A stretch of 53,592 nucleotides of DNA from a virus. Its lineage: Duplodnaviria; Caudoviricetes. Position numbers and translations under genes: made by a program. Shown here one piece after another: positions 18,545 to 29,531 of this stretch. A model generated the notes under the pieces. It had not been told where the DNA came from and ran no database searches. It was given only the letters and a program-made list of their open reading frames with translations. The stretch is taken from the IMG/VR virus record IMGVR_UViG_3300009788_000120, positions 1-53,592 of that record, one strand, 5' to 3'. Position 1 is the first letter of the stretch. Each line of letters begins with the position of its first letter.

Positions 18545-19183
18545 ATGATCCAACAAGCCCTCTCAGAGCTTGCCGAGCAGGCCGCCATCGACCGCGCCTA
18601 CCGGGCCAGCCGCGTTCGGGTCGCTCGCAAGAGCGCCGGTATCCTGCCACTGATCGCGCTACTGGCCCTCTCGGGCGCCAGCGCCAAGGCGATCGAGCTG
18701 ACCGACACCGCCTTTTGTACGGCTCAGAATCGCCCTTGGGACTGCTGCTCGGGACCGGCTGCCGGAAACTGCGATGGGAAGGCCGAGATCCGCACGTCCG
18801 TCAAGGCGTGGACGGTCTTCGAATCCTGCGCCGTGGAGTGGTTCGACGGCAACGGAGCGCTGCGGCTGTGTAACGAGATCCGCTTCGGCATCCAGTGGCA
18901 TGTAGACGCCGGCCCCGGGACCGGAAGCGGCGCTTGCAGCCAAGCCGAGGCCGATGCCGCGACGCCGCTTCCCGTCGTGACCTGCACGACCGCTCGCCAA
19001 ACGGCCGGGAAGTGCCGTGCGCCGTTCGAGGGCTCGACAAAAATGCCTGCTCAGGCCGCGTGCTTCAAAGCGCGCGGGTATCTGGAGAAGAAGGAGATCA
19101 AGGGACCACGGAAGGCCGGCCGGAAACTTTGGAAGCTAGCGGATGACGGCGGGGCCTTTGACCCCGGCGACGAAGAGGAGTAG
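18545..19183 (+). CDS. Cys-rich exported protein
   Basis: GAGGAG RBS; RKSAGILPLIALLALSGASAKA|IE; 10 Cys. Confidence 0.7.
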   Translation: MIQQALSELAEQAAIDRAYRASRVRVARKSAGILPLIALLALSGASAKAIELTDTAFCTAQNRPWDCCSGPAAGNCDGKAEIRTSVKAWTVFESCAVEWFDGNGALRLCNEIRFGIQWHVDAGPGTGSGACSQAEADAATPLPVVTCTTARQTAGKCRAPFEGSTKMPAQAACFKARGYLEKKEIKGPRKAGRKLWKLADDGGAFDPGDEEE

Positions 19184-19252
19184 GAGCAAGGGAGCATCCA
19201 AAGAGTTCAGACGTTGTAACATCGAACGAACAAACCAGGAGAAAGAGAGCCC

Positions 19253-20443
19253 ATGAGCACCAACCTGACCACCCTCGCATTCGCCAAAGAGACCACGCTC
19301 GGAGTCGCGGTCACCGCCAGCGCCGCTTTCTCCTACCTCAAGCACGTGGGAGAGTCTTTGAAGACTGATCTGGCCACGGCCAGAAGCGGCGGCTTCACCC
19401 CGGATCGACGGCCACAGTCACTCTATCCAACCGGGAGAATGCCCTCCGGCGGAATCAGCGGCAAGCTGGCCGTCGGATCCCACGACGAGTTCCTGCCCGG
19501 CGCCTTCATGGCGACGGATTGGGTGACGTCGCAAACCACCACCGCGGCCCTGACGGTCGTAGCGGCGACTCGCACCGTGACGATGATCGCGGCCTTCACC
19601 AACATGATCGTGGGCGACGTTTTCAAGATCGATGGCTCTGCCTCCACTGGCGCCAACGATGGCCTTTACCAGATTCTCACTCGCACCTCGGACGACGAGG
19701 TCATCGTAGAGACCTTCCACAGCCTTGCCGGCGGTGACGAAACCGCGACCGCAGATGTGACGATCAGCCACACCGGGTACTGCGACGTCGGCGTGGTGCT
19801 GAGCTCCTGGAACCTCGAGAAGAACCTGCGAAAGGGCGCCGCGTCCCTCGATTTCCATCAGAGCCTCGGCATGGCGATCGACACCATGACCCTCAAGATG
19901 GGGTTGGAGGGGGAGCTCGAGATCGAGCTGAACTTCAAGGGCATGAAATGCCTGAGCTCGGTGGCCACCGCGGCCGTCGGCGCGATTACCGCGGCGACCA
20001 CGGTCAAGGCCGTCCGGTCGGTGACCGGCCTCAAGGGCTTCTTCATCAAGGGCCTGACTACCCCTGCCGCCTACCGGGTGCGCGACTGGAGCCTTACGGT
20101 CAACAACAACATCCGACAGGACAAGGCGCAGGCCGACGATCTCGACAACGTGGTCTACGACATCGAGCCGGGAAACTCGGAGATCGCCGGCACGATGGAG
20201 ATTTACTTCAGCTCTCGTGACATCTACACCCAGTTCCTGGCCTTCACCTCGCTGGGTTGCCTCTGGCACCTCCAGGATCCCCAAGGCGGGAAGTTCGCGC
20301 TGGTTATCGATGAGCTCAACTTCACGGCCGTCGAGGTCAACGCCGGCGGCGAGAATCAGCCGGTGGTCGCCAACATCACCTTCGAGGCTTCCGAGATCGA
20401 GGCGTCCGACCGCTACGTTCGCCTCTACCGCTTCGCGGCCTGA
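19253..20443 (+). CDS. major tail tube protein
   Basis: LAFAKETTLG, GESLK, SGGISG, WSLTVNNNI, IAGTMEIYF; directly upstream of the chaperones and TMP. Confidence 0.85.
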   Translation: MSTNLTTLAFAKETTLGVAVTASAAFSYLKHVGESLKTDLATARSGGFTPDRRPQSLYPTGRMPSGGISGKLAVGSHDEFLPGAFMATDWVTSQTTTAALTVVAATRTVTMIAAFTNMIVGDVFKIDGSASTGANDGLYQILTRTSDDEVIVETFHSLAGGDETATADVTISHTGYCDVGVVLSSWNLEKNLRKGAASLDFHQSLGMAIDTMTLKMGLEGELEIELNFKGMKCLSSVATAAVGAITAATTVKAVRSVTGLKGFFIKGLTTPAAYRVRDWSLTVNNNIRQDKAQADDLDNVVYDIEPGNSEIAGTMEIYFSSRDIYTQFLAFTSLGCLWHLQDPQGGKFALVIDELNFTAVEVNAGGENQPVVANITFEASEIEASDRYVRLYRFAA

Positions 20444-20514
20444 TAGGCTGCTCGCCAGGTCGGTAAACCCCGGGGGCCGCACGATGGGCGGTCCAAGACA
20501 AGGAGCGATGCTTC

Positions 20515-21015
20515 ATGAGACTCGACAATGCGTATGCGAACCGCGAGCAGCTGAAGGACGACGACGGCGTCAAGGTCTGGCTCGAAGAGCTAGACGAGGT
20601 GGAGGATGGCAAGGAGCGAGCCTTCGTTCACGTCCGCTCGAGCCGTTACGCGCCTTTCTCCAAGCTCCAGCGCAAGCTGGGATTCCCCGAGCGCAAGAAG
20701 ATCTTGCGCGGCACCCACTCCGACACCAAGCTCGAGAAGATCCAGGCCAAGTGCGTTTCCCGCCAGGGCCTCGTGACCTGGGGCGGGATCTACGACGGCG
20801 ACACCCTGATCCCCTTCTCGGCCGCGGCCGCCGAGAAGTACTTCCTCAAGTATCCAACGTTCTTGGACGATGTTGTGGGCTTCATGGGTGAGGAGTCGAT
20901 CTTCTTCGCTGAAACCCTGGAGAAGGAAAAAAACTCCTCGCCCGCTGGGTCGCCTGGCAGTGCCAGTGGGGAGAGTACCGGGCCGACCTCGAGCACTCCG
21001 AGCGGGAAGCCTTAG
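20515..21015 (+). CDS. tail assembly chaperone (gpG-like)
   Basis: Between tube and TMP; slippery A-AAA-AAC at 20928-20934. Confidence 0.8.
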   Translation: MRLDNAYANREQLKDDDGVKVWLEELDEVEDGKERAFVHVRSSRYAPFSKLQRKLGFPERKKILRGTHSDTKLEKIQAKCVSRQGLVTWGGIYDGDTLIPFSAAAAEKYFLKYPTFLDDVVGFMGEESIFFAETLEKEKNSSPAGSPGSASGESTGPTSSTPSGKP

Positions 21016-21323
21016 ACGACGAAACAACCGTAGCCGACGAGGCATCGGAAACCCTAGATGACGAACCCGAGATCCCCGACTTCTTGTCCTGGATCTCAAG
21101 CGCCTTCCAGCTCCTGAGCAGCCGACGGCCTATCAGCAGCGAAGGCATCTCACCCATCGGCGTCGATGACGTCCTGGCCTACTGCGAGCTCTTCCTGGTC
21201 GATGACCTGGACTCGCGCACAGAGCTTCTGGAGTGCATCGACGCCATGGACAACTCCTACGTCAAGGTGATGGCGCCCAAGCTCCGCGCAAGGCTCAAGG
21301 CGGCCGCGGGTGGGCGCTCCTGA
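20928..21323 (+). CDS. tail assembly chaperone gpGT extension via programmed -1 frameshift
   Basis: -1 frame is open from the slip site (LLARWVAWQCQWGE...AFQLLSSRRP...IDAMD...) to 21323. Confidence 0.8.
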   Translation, partial: KKLLARWVAWQCQWGEYRADLEHSEREALDDETTVADEASETLDDEPEIPDFLSWISSAFQLLSSRRPISSEGISPIGVDDVLAYCELFLVDDLDSRTELLECIDAMDNSYVKVMAPKLRARLKAAAGGRS

Positions 21324-24300
21324 AGTACCCGTCAGAGTAGCTGTTAGGGCGAACACGGGCGCTGGCCGAGAGGTCACGCGCTCGCTTCGCAAGATCCGGG
21401 CCGAGGCGCGCGGCGCCCGCACGGATCTCAAAAGGACGTCGGGGGCAGCTGGGCAGCTGCTCTCGACGTTCAAGCGCTTTTCTGGTCTGGGAGGGTTACT
21501 CGGCGGCTTCCTGGCCGTCAACGAGCTGCGGACGGCGGTCACCGCCTTCTCCGACTTCGAGAGCTCTATGGCCGAGGCCCGGGCGGTCACCGGAGCGACG
21601 AACTCTCAGTTCATCGAGCTGACGGCGACCGCCCGCGAGCTCGGCCGCACTACCAAATTCAGCGCCACGGAGGCGGCCTCGGGCATCGTCTTCCTGGGCC
21701 GGGCGGGGTTCGAGACCACGGAAATCGTCTCGGCGATGCCGTCGGTCCTCGATCTGGCGGCGGCGGCCACCTTGGATCTCGGCCGAGCTGCCGACATCAC
21801 CTCGAACATCATGTCGGCCTTCGCCGTGCCGGCTCTCGAGGCGACCCGTATCGCCGATGCTCTGGCCGCGGTGGCCGCCAACGCCAACACCGACGTCTCG
21901 CAAATGGGCGAGGCGATGAAATTCGTCGGCCCCGTGGCCAGGGCCCTCGGCGTGTCGATGGAGGACTCGGCGGCCGCCATCGGCATCCTGTCCAACGCTG
22001 GCCTACAGGCCAGCCTGGCGGGCACCGGTCTGCGGCGCATCTTGAGCTCGCTGGCCAAGGCGGCTCCGAAGGTCACTCGGACGCTGACCGACCTCGGTCT
22101 GAAAATGGAGGATCTGAATCCTCAGACGAACAGCCTGATCGACATCATCCGCCGTCTGGCTGAGGCCGACATCGACGCCACGGCCGCCTTCGAGGCATTC
22201 GGCGATCGAGGGGCGCCGGCGATCCTGGCCTTGACCTCGATGGTCCCTCAGCTCGAGCGTCTGACCGACGTCGTGAACAGCAGTGAAGGGGCCGCCGGCC
22301 GGATGGCCGAGACCATGCGCAACACCCTGCGCGGGGCGACCCTCGAGCTCAAGAGCGTGATCGAGAGCGTGAGAATCGAGTTCGGCACCGCCCTGGCGCC
22401 GGCTCTGCGCGAGACCTCGGTGCTGCTCAAAGAGTGGTTCGATAGCGGCTCTGACGGCGCTCGGAAATTCGGCGAGGCCTTCGGTCAAGGGCTGCTGGCC
22501 GTGGTCAAGATCCTCTTGGCCCTGTCGGAGAACATCGACCTGGTCATCGGCGGCCTGAAGGTCTTCCTCGCCTACCGGGTGGCGACGGTGCTCGCCGGCT
22601 GGGTCACGGCCATGAACGCGGCGACCGTCGCGACCCACAGCTTCTCGGCCGCTCTGCTGGCCAATCCAATCGGCGTCTGGGTCGCGGCGGCTGTCGCCGC
22701 CTATGCCGTGCTCGACACGGCCATCAACCGATGGGCCGACAGCAGCGAACAGGCGATCGAGCGGACCGTGGCCTCGAGCCAGAGGCTTCTCGCTACTTTG
22801 GATCGCGCTGTCTCGCTCATCGAGCGCGGCAGCCTCGCTTCCCAGCAGGCGGAGTACGACGCCCTGTCTGAGAGCATCTTCGACCTCGGCGTCGAGCAGG
22901 CAGCGGCCGCCGAAGAAACCCAGCGGCTGCGCGATCAGCTGGCCCGCCAGGTGCAGGAGTCGGGCCTAGCAGCCAAAATGTTCGCCGGCACGAATCGACT
23001 GATCGAGGAGTCGGTCAAGCTCGAGGGCGAGCTCGGCGCCGAGATCCGGGTTGCCACCCTCGCCCAGGCAGACCTCTCCAAGGCCATCGTCGAGGGCGGC
23101 ACCGCTCAGACCGAGGCGGCGATCAAGGCCGAGGAGCTCCGAAAGAATCTCGAGGCGGTGGCGGAGGGCGTCGATCAGGTCGAGACCGCGTACGCCAAGC
23201 TCGAGCGACGGGTGGAGGCTAGCCAGCGGATCGTCGATCTGATGGAGCGCACCGGGATCTCGGCAAAGCAAGCGGCCCTCGTCGTCTCCGTGCTGATGTC
23301 TGAGGGCAATACGGCGCGAGAGGCTCAGGTGCTGGACCTGGTGCGCGCTCTCGAGCTCGCGCAGAAGGCGGCCGCGGCCCTCGCCGGCGAGCTCGACCTC
23401 ACCATCTCCAATGCCCTGACGCAGACCCTGGGCGGCGAGGGCGCCGGCTTCAACGTCCCGGTGGACGACCTCGAGGCCTACGAGCACAACGCCGACCTGA
23501 TCGGCGATCACAACCAGCGGATCCGCAATCTACAATCCCAGATCAACCAGGAGACCCGGACCTGGGTGCAGCTCGGCAACCTGGTCGCGGAGAGCATCGG
23601 CGGAATCGACTCTGGCCTTGGCCGGATGCTTCAGAGCGTCGTTCGGATCGTTCAGGCTTTCCAGCTCATTCAGCAAGAGGGCTCGAAGGCCCAGAGAGCC
23701 TTGTCCGGGGCTCAGTTCGGGGGTGCCCTCGGCGGCTTAACGGGGAGCTCGGCTGCCGCCGGTCTCGGTAGCCTGGGCGGCTTCCTCGGACCCCTGCTCT
23801 CGGCCTCGAAATTCGCCGGCGTCTACGGCGCGGCGATCGGCGTTGCCGTCGGCCTGATCGGCGACATGTTCGCCAGGACCGCCCAGACCTTCGCCGACGG
23901 CTCAACCGAGGGCGGCCGCCTGGCGGCTCAGATTCACGAGGGCTCGGGCCGGCTGGCCGAGCAGACGCAAGGGATCATCGACTCGATCACCGGGACCGTC
24001 AACGGCATCCTCGACTCGATCAACGGCACCTTCTCCTCCTTCTCGACCTTCGCCGTCCAGATCCGCGATGACTCGGGGGGCATCCGGGTTTGGGTCAACA
24101 ACCAGGTGCGGGTCTTCGGCGAGGACGTCCAGGGGGCAATCGATTTTGCCGTCACCGAGATCTTCCGCCAGAGCGAGGTTAGCGGCGTCTCGGATGTCGT
24201 GTCCGGCGCGCTCAACTCCTTCGTCGGCTCGACGGTCCAGGAGCTCGAGGCGACGTTGTCCGACGCCCTGACGATCGACAACCTGGGCCTGACGCAGTTC

Positions 24301-26895
24301 GAGATTGACCTCAGCTCGAGGGTCCGGGAGCTCGGCCGCCTGCTCGATCGAGCGATCTTCGAGTTCGGCGCCGGCGCAGAGCAAGTGTTGACCGGCCCGG
24401 GCGGTTTGGTCTCGACCCTGCGCGATGCCTACAACCAGGCTTTCGGCATCGAGCAGGATCAGGGCGAGCTGACGAGGCAACGGATTCTTGCCGTTCAGGC
24501 GCAGATCGCCATCGCCGAGGCGCAGCTCATCGTCCTCCGGCAGCAGCTGCTCGTTCAGCAGGCCGAGGTCGAGGGCCGGGCGGCCGGCGTCCAGGCCCAG
24601 GCGGTAGCCACCGAGGCGATGCTCGAGCTGTCCGCGCTCGGTGCTCGAGGCATCGGCGCCTTTGCCCATACCATGGGCGCCGCCGGTGTCGTGGCGGCGA
24701 TCTCTGCCGAGTCGATCGCCCGGGCGCTGGCCGGGGTAGACGCGGCTCTCGCCGCTCTCAGCGATTTCGATTTCAGCCCGGCGGCAATCAATGCAGCCGT
24801 AGCGGCGGCGGCCGCGGCGGCCAGAGGCATCTCGGGCGGCGGTCGGGCCGGGCCGCTCGGAGGTCTGAGCGAGGCCGATATACAGCGAGAGCTCGACCTT
24901 CTCCAGGCTCTCGCCGATGGCAACACGGCGCTGGTCAGGGAGATGGAGGAGCACGATCGTTGGCTCGGTTTGATAGCGCGAGGCTACAGCGAAGAGCAGG
25001 CAACCCGAGCCATCACCCTTCAGGGTCTGATCGATGCGAATGCAGAGCTCGAGCGCTTCAACGATCAGCTTCGAGATCTCGCGGATCGCACGCGGGACCT
25101 ACTCTCTCCCGGCGGTTTCCAGGGGCAAATCGACCGACTCAGGGGGCAATTCGAGGGCCTGATCCAAGAGATCTTCAATACCCTGGCTGGCGCCACCGGC
25201 ACGCCTATCGCTATCCAGGATCTCATTCGACAATGGCTCGCCGGCGACCTCTCCCTGGAGCTTCTACTCGAGCGCCTGGCGCAATACTCCGAGACCATCG
25301 CCGACGTGACCGCGCTCCAGGACGGGCTCACCCGAGCCCTCGAGCTCATGGGTAGGGCGATGCTCGCCTCGCTCTCGCCGACCCTCGCCGCGCGCCAGGC
25401 CCGAGACGATCTCGCCAGGGATCTCGATGACCTGGTGCGCAACATGGAGGCGCTCGGCGTTTCCTGGGAAGAGCTCGGCATCGTGGCTCGCGATGTGACC
25501 CTGCGAGTGGTGGGGTCGGCGATCGATTTCCTGGCCGATGCGCTGTCGGGTATCAAGGATCCGGAGGCTCGAGCTCGGGCAGAAGAGGCGCTGCTGAAAA
25601 TGCGCCAAATCGAGTTCCAGCTTCGTTTCACGCTCATGGAGCTCGAGCTGGCGCACGCCAGAGCGATGCTCTCGGCGCAGGGGCTGATGACCGACGAGCT
25701 CGCGGCCTTGTTCGACCTGGCCGACAGCCTAGCGCGCGACGTCCTGGCAAATTGGGAGGAGATCTTGGCCGGTCTCGCCGATTCGACATCCGGTCTCGCC
25801 GACCAGGCCGGGCAGCTGGAAGACGTGATGTCGCGGCTCGCCTCGATCAGCGGCGCAATCGGGCAAGCTGGTCAGATCGAGTCGGCTCTCCGGGGCCTCG
25901 AGGATCTGATCCAGGCGGCGCAGGAGCTGCTCTCCGGCGGCGGGCTCCCGGTCGAGGATTTCGACGCACTTCTGGCGAGCATCGAGCTTGCCCGGCGCGC
26001 GGTCAAGGCCCAGATCCAACAGATCGCGTCCGATTTCCTGGCGGGGATCATCGAGACCGGACTCAGAAACCGGATCGAGAACGCCGAGACGGCCGAGGCG
26101 CGCTTGGCGGCCGAGCAACGGCTATTCGAGTTTCAGACACGTCGTCTAGAGCTCGAGCGAGCCTTCCAGCTTGCGCAAATCGCGCTGATCGAGGCGCAGC
26201 TGACCGCGTTCGGCGCCATGACCGACGAAATCGCCGGATGGATCGATCTGGCTCGAGAGCTTCTCTCGGAGCCGTTGCCGGCCTTCACCGCGGAAGTCAA
26301 CTCGACGCTCGACGCCTTCCGGGCCCTACGCGACGAGCTGACCCTGGGTAGTCTGTCGAACCTCTCGGGCGGCGAGCAGCTGACCGAGGCGCAGGGCCGG
26401 GTCGACGCTCTGATGGCGAGGATCGCGGCCAACCCGGCAGACCAGGCGGCCATCGGTGCCTTGCCCGATGCTCTCAGAGACCTGGTGCAGGCCGCCTCCG
26501 CCTTCACCGGCGGCGCCGGGCCGCTCTACGATCGCATCTTCGCACAGGTCCAGGCGATCATCGCCCAGATGCTCGGGGAGGCTCCGGCGGGGGCTACATC
26601 TCCAAACAATCTAGCGTTCTTCCCGACACCGCCGCCGAACTCGTCGGTTGGCTCGACGATCGGCAGCCTGCCGGCGACCGTGACCCTGCTGTCGGATATC
26701 CGCGACTCCCTGGCACGGCAGGAGACCGAGCTCAGCGAGATCAAAGAGGAGCTGAAGGAGACGGGAGCCGAGCTCGCCGACTATCACCTGGACGAGCAGA
26801 CGCGAGAAGCCCAACGGCGCCAGCGCGATGGCTCAGAGGAAGAGGACCGGGCGGCCATGAGGCGCACAGCGACCACCAGAAAGAGGATCGCGTGA
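21310..26895 (+). CDS. tape measure protein (TP901-type core), 1861 aa
   Basis: FESSMAE..AVTGAT, TTKFSATEAA, ANTDVSQMGEAMKFVGP, AGTGLRR; long Ala/Leu-rich helical body. Confidence 0.93.
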   Translation: MGAPEVPVRVAVRANTGAGREVTRSLRKIRAEARGARTDLKRTSGAAGQLLSTFKRFSGLGGLLGGFLAVNELRTAVTAFSDFESSMAEARAVTGATNSQFIELTATARELGRTTKFSATEAASGIVFLGRAGFETTEIVSAMPSVLDLAAAATLDLGRAADITSNIMSAFAVPALEATRIADALAAVAANANTDVSQMGEAMKFVGPVARALGVSMEDSAAAIGILSNAGLQASLAGTGLRRILSSLAKAAPKVTRTLTDLGLKMEDLNPQTNSLIDIIRRLAEADIDATAAFEAFGDRGAPAILALTSMVPQLERLTDVVNSSEGAAGRMAETMRNTLRGATLELKSVIESVRIEFGTALAPALRETSVLLKEWFDSGSDGARKFGEAFGQGLLAVVKILLALSENIDLVIGGLKVFLAYRVATVLAGWVTAMNAATVATHSFSAALLANPIGVWVAAAVAAYAVLDTAINRWADSSEQAIERTVASSQRLLATLDRAVSLIERGSLASQQAEYDALSESIFDLGVEQAAAAEETQRLRDQLARQVQESGLAAKMFAGTNRLIEESVKLEGELGAEIRVATLAQADLSKAIVEGGTAQTEAAIKAEELRKNLEAVAEGVDQVETAYAKLERRVEASQRIVDLMERTGISAKQAALVVSVLMSEGNTAREAQVLDLVRALELAQKAAAALAGELDLTISNALTQTLGGEGAGFNVPVDDLEAYEHNADLIGDHNQRIRNLQSQINQETRTWVQLGNLVAESIGGIDSGLGRMLQSVVRIVQAFQLIQQEGSKAQRALSGAQFGGALGGLTGSSAAAGLGSLGGFLGPLLSASKFAGVYGAAIGVAVGLIGDMFARTAQTFADGSTEGGRLAAQIHEGSGRLAEQTQGIIDSITGTVNGILDSINGTFSSFSTFAVQIRDDSGGIRVWVNNQVRVFGEDVQGAIDFAVTEIFRQSEVSGVSDVVSGALNSFVGSTVQELEATLSDALTIDNLGLTQFEIDLSSRVRELGRLLDRAIFEFGAGAEQVLTGPGGLVSTLRDAYNQAFGIEQDQGELTRQRILAVQAQIAIAEAQLIVLRQQLLVQQAEVEGRAAGVQAQAVATEAMLELSALGARGIGAFAHTMGAAGVVAAISAESIARALAGVDAALAALSDFDFSPAAINAAVAAAAAAARGISGGGRAGPLGGLSEADIQRELDLLQALADGNTALVREMEEHDRWLGLIARGYSEEQATRAITLQGLIDANAELERFNDQLRDLADRTRDLLSPGGFQGQIDRLRGQFEGLIQEIFNTLAGATGTPIAIQDLIRQWLAGDLSLELLLERLAQYSETIADVTALQDGLTRALELMGRAMLASLSPTLAARQARDDLARDLDDLVRNMEALGVSWEELGIVARDVTLRVVGSAIDFLADALSGIKDPEARARAEEALLKMRQIEFQLRFTLMELELAHARAMLSAQGLMTDELAALFDLADSLARDVLANWEEILAGLADSTSGLADQAGQLEDVMSRLASISGAIGQAGQIESALRGLEDLIQAAQELLSGGGLPVEDFDALLASIELARRAVKAQIQQIASDFLAGIIETGLRNRIENAETAEARLAAEQRLFEFQTRRLELERAFQLAQIALIEAQLTAFGAMTDEIAGWIDLARELLSEPLPAFTAEVNSTLDAFRALRDELTLGSLSNLSGGEQLTEAQGRVDALMARIAANPADQAAIGALPDALRDLVQAASAFTGGAGPLYDRIFAQVQAIIAQMLGEAPAGATSPNNLAFFPTPPPNSSVGSTIGSLPATVTLLSDIRDSLARQETELSEIKEELKETGAELADYHLDEQTREAQRRQRDGSEEEDRAAMRRTATTRKRIA

Positions 26896-27047
26896 TCGGA
26901 AATCGAGCTCGAGGCGTTTTTGTGGGGCGAGCTGACGTCGTAGGCGGGGCTCCTGACGTGATCGAGGATCGCGCGGGCGGTTACTCGCTCACCCGCCAGA
27001 GGCCCGGAGATCGAGCGCTAGAGCTTCAGAGAGGTAACGACTCTTGA
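26892..27047 (+). CDS. small hypothetical protein, 51 aa
   Basis: GTGA and TTGA overlaps exactly bridge the TMP and tail-tip genes. Confidence 0.45.
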   Translation: MIGNRARGVFVGRADVVGGAPDVIEDRAGGYSLTRQRPGDRALELQRGNDS

Positions 27048-29531
27048 GGCCGGCGTCAAACTTCGTCGTGGAGCTGACTCCCCGGGTGCTGACCGCGGTG
27101 ACGATCCACGGGCAGGCCTACACCGCGGGCCAGACGCCGACCCTCCGCTACGCGATTGACGACTATGTGACGGGCGGCGCTGATACGCCGGCCCTCGAGC
27201 CTCACGAGGTCGCCGTGCTCAAGATCCTCAACTTCGAGCAGTCAGCTTTTTCCATCGGCAACGGGTGGCTCGAGCTCGGCGGTTTCGCGGCTCGTAGCGG
27301 CGGACTGATCCAGCTCAACAATGCCGACGGCGACATGGACGACTTCAGCTCCCTCTCGTTCGACGGGGCGGCCGTGGCCGTGAAGGAGGGACTATACGTG
27401 TGGGATCAGGCCCGTGGCTGGATCGCCGAGCCGTTCGTCGACTTCAAGGTGTGGATGCAGGGCCTGTCGAAGGGGCGGCCGCGAATCTCGGACACCGTGG
27501 TCTCGATCGAGATCGCAGACCTCGCCGTCAAGCTCAACGTCGACCTTCAGGCGAGCAAGTTTCTCGGCCTGGGCGGCGCCTTGCTCTTCGAGAGCGCGGG
27601 ATCGGTTGGAGTCGCTGAGGATCCCGACAACCTCCTGGACCCGGCGCTCGCCGCTCTGACTCTGATCTTTCTCAGCAGGATCGATACCGCTCAGGGATAC
27701 TCGGTCGCCAAGGGGACTGAAGCGGCCGGCCCATTCTGGGTGAAGGCCATAGCGACCGGCGGCGGCACTATGCACTGCGGCGTCCGAACCGCCGGTGGCG
27801 TCTCCGAGGTCGACTCGGCGGCCCAGGGTCTGGCGAAGTGGTTCTGGACGGTCCTGAGATACGACGGTGCCCTGGTCGAGGTCTTCACCGCCGACGTCGA
27901 TGGCTCCAACTGGACGGCCGGCGGCACCGCGGCGCGCACCGGCTCCACCGTCTCCGTATCGGAGGCCCTCGAGCTCGGCCGGGCCGGCGTCAGCTCGACG
28001 GAGTTTCGCGGCGCCCTGGCCCACGTCCGGCTCTACAGCGTGGCGCTTCCGACGGCGACGGCGCAAGCTCAGATCGGCCGGCTGTTGGATATGGACGTGG
28101 CGGCCGACACCGACAACCTTCTCCTGAGCATTCCGGCCGACGATAGGTTCGGCCTATGGGCCTCGGACCTTGCCGACGATCATCTCGACGCGCAGCTGAC
28201 GACGGTCTCTTGGGCAACCACAGGGACCGGCCGACCGGATCTCAAGGGTAAGCCCATGCCCCTGACCCTCGGCCCGGCGGCCCACGTCACCCTCACGTTG
28301 GTCGACGAGCTGGCGACCGGAAGGGTCTACACCTGCAACTGGCGCTCGGTGTCCAAGTGGCGCTACGTCTTCGCCGGCGCCGTCGGCCTGGCCGGGCCCT
28401 TCGCCTTGACCTCGAGCGCGATTCGATTCGACGCGGGTCGAAAGCTGTTGTTGGGAACGGCCGGCGCCGGGCTACTTGACGGCCTGGTGCCCGATCAGCA
28501 GTTCTCGGTCACAGGCTCGGCGAGCAACAATGTCACTTTCACGGTCGACGGCTTCAACCTCGGCCCCGATCATTGCCGCGTTCTGGAGACCGTGGTCACC
28601 GAGGCGGCCGGTGCCAGCGTCACGATTACCGGCCTCAATCCCGGTTGGACGCTGCTACAGGCAGGCGACGCCAGCAACCCTACTCTGATCCTTGTCACCG
28701 GCGGCGCGACCGGCGAGCTGACGGCCACGGTCGATGGCGATGACGCAGGGCCCGTGGGCTACGCCGACACCTTCGAGAAACAGATCAAGGTGCTGTGCGT
28801 GGATATGTCGCCGGGTTTCCTGGTCAGCAACCTCGACTTCTCCGGCCTCGGCGCCTCGAGCGCGCTGGTGACCAGCTGGTATCGTGGCATCGATCCGATC
28901 GCCGCGCTGGAGGCAGTGCATTCGCTTTGCGTGTCGATCATGGCACATGCGGCCGCCGTCTCGGACACCCAGCTCGACTTCGACCTGGTGGACCTGTCAA
29001 GCGCGGCGGCCGTCATCGGTACTTTTGTCCGCGACGGCTCCGGCGACGCCGGACGGGATCATCATGTCGTTGGCCGTCGTCGACCTCGGAGCCCCACCCT
29101 CGGAGCTCAGGGTCGGATACGCGCCGGCCTACTCCACCTTGACTGAGGGCGAGATTGCCGAGGCAGCTTGGCCGCGTGAGGCTGATTTCGTCCGGGCTGA
29201 GTATCGCTGGGCGGTTCAGGCGGTGGCGGCGGTCGCCGATTGGCCGCTGTCGCGGGGCGCCGCGACCGGCGAGCCGCCGGAGATTCCGACTCACCTCGTG
29301 AATCGAGCCGCCGCCGAGGCGCAGGCTGTCGCCAGGGCGACCGCGGCGCAGTCGAAGGTCGTCACCGTGAAGCTGAGCGAGCTTCCCGCGGGCCTGGCGA
29401 TCGGCTCAAAACTCTCCCTGGCCTACGACCGGCACGGCTTCGACGAAGGCGTGACGGTCTGGGTGGTAGGCTTCGCTCTCAACGGCACCACCGGACTCGT
29501 CGAGGTCGACGCGGCAATCCCCCCACTATGA
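27044..29531 (+). CDS. tail tip/hub protein with LamG-like domain; frameshifted near 29040
   Basis: LNNADG, DLKGKPMPLTLG; LamG-like WFWTVLRYDG...FRGALAHVRLYSVAL; protein-like sequence continues in the frame ending at 29531. Confidence 0.7.

Noticed and set aside
9904-19183. Genome-wide TAG reassignment
   Set aside because: Portal, capsid and the genes ending at 14492, 15023, 18533 and 19183 stop at TAG at sensible lengths, with the next gene starting right after.
1832-20482. Long antisense or alternative-frame ORFs (e.g. 1832-2893, 7131-8273, 11953-12960, 19418-20482 minus; 6812-7990 plus)
   Set aside because: Shadow ORFs expected at high GC; they overlap well-supported genes and have Arg/Pro-rich, motif-free translations.
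20612-20621. AGGAGCGAGC inside the tail chaperone CDS as a regulon member
   Set aside because: 10-nt match encoding K-E-R-A with no start codon following; probably chance, so not counted.
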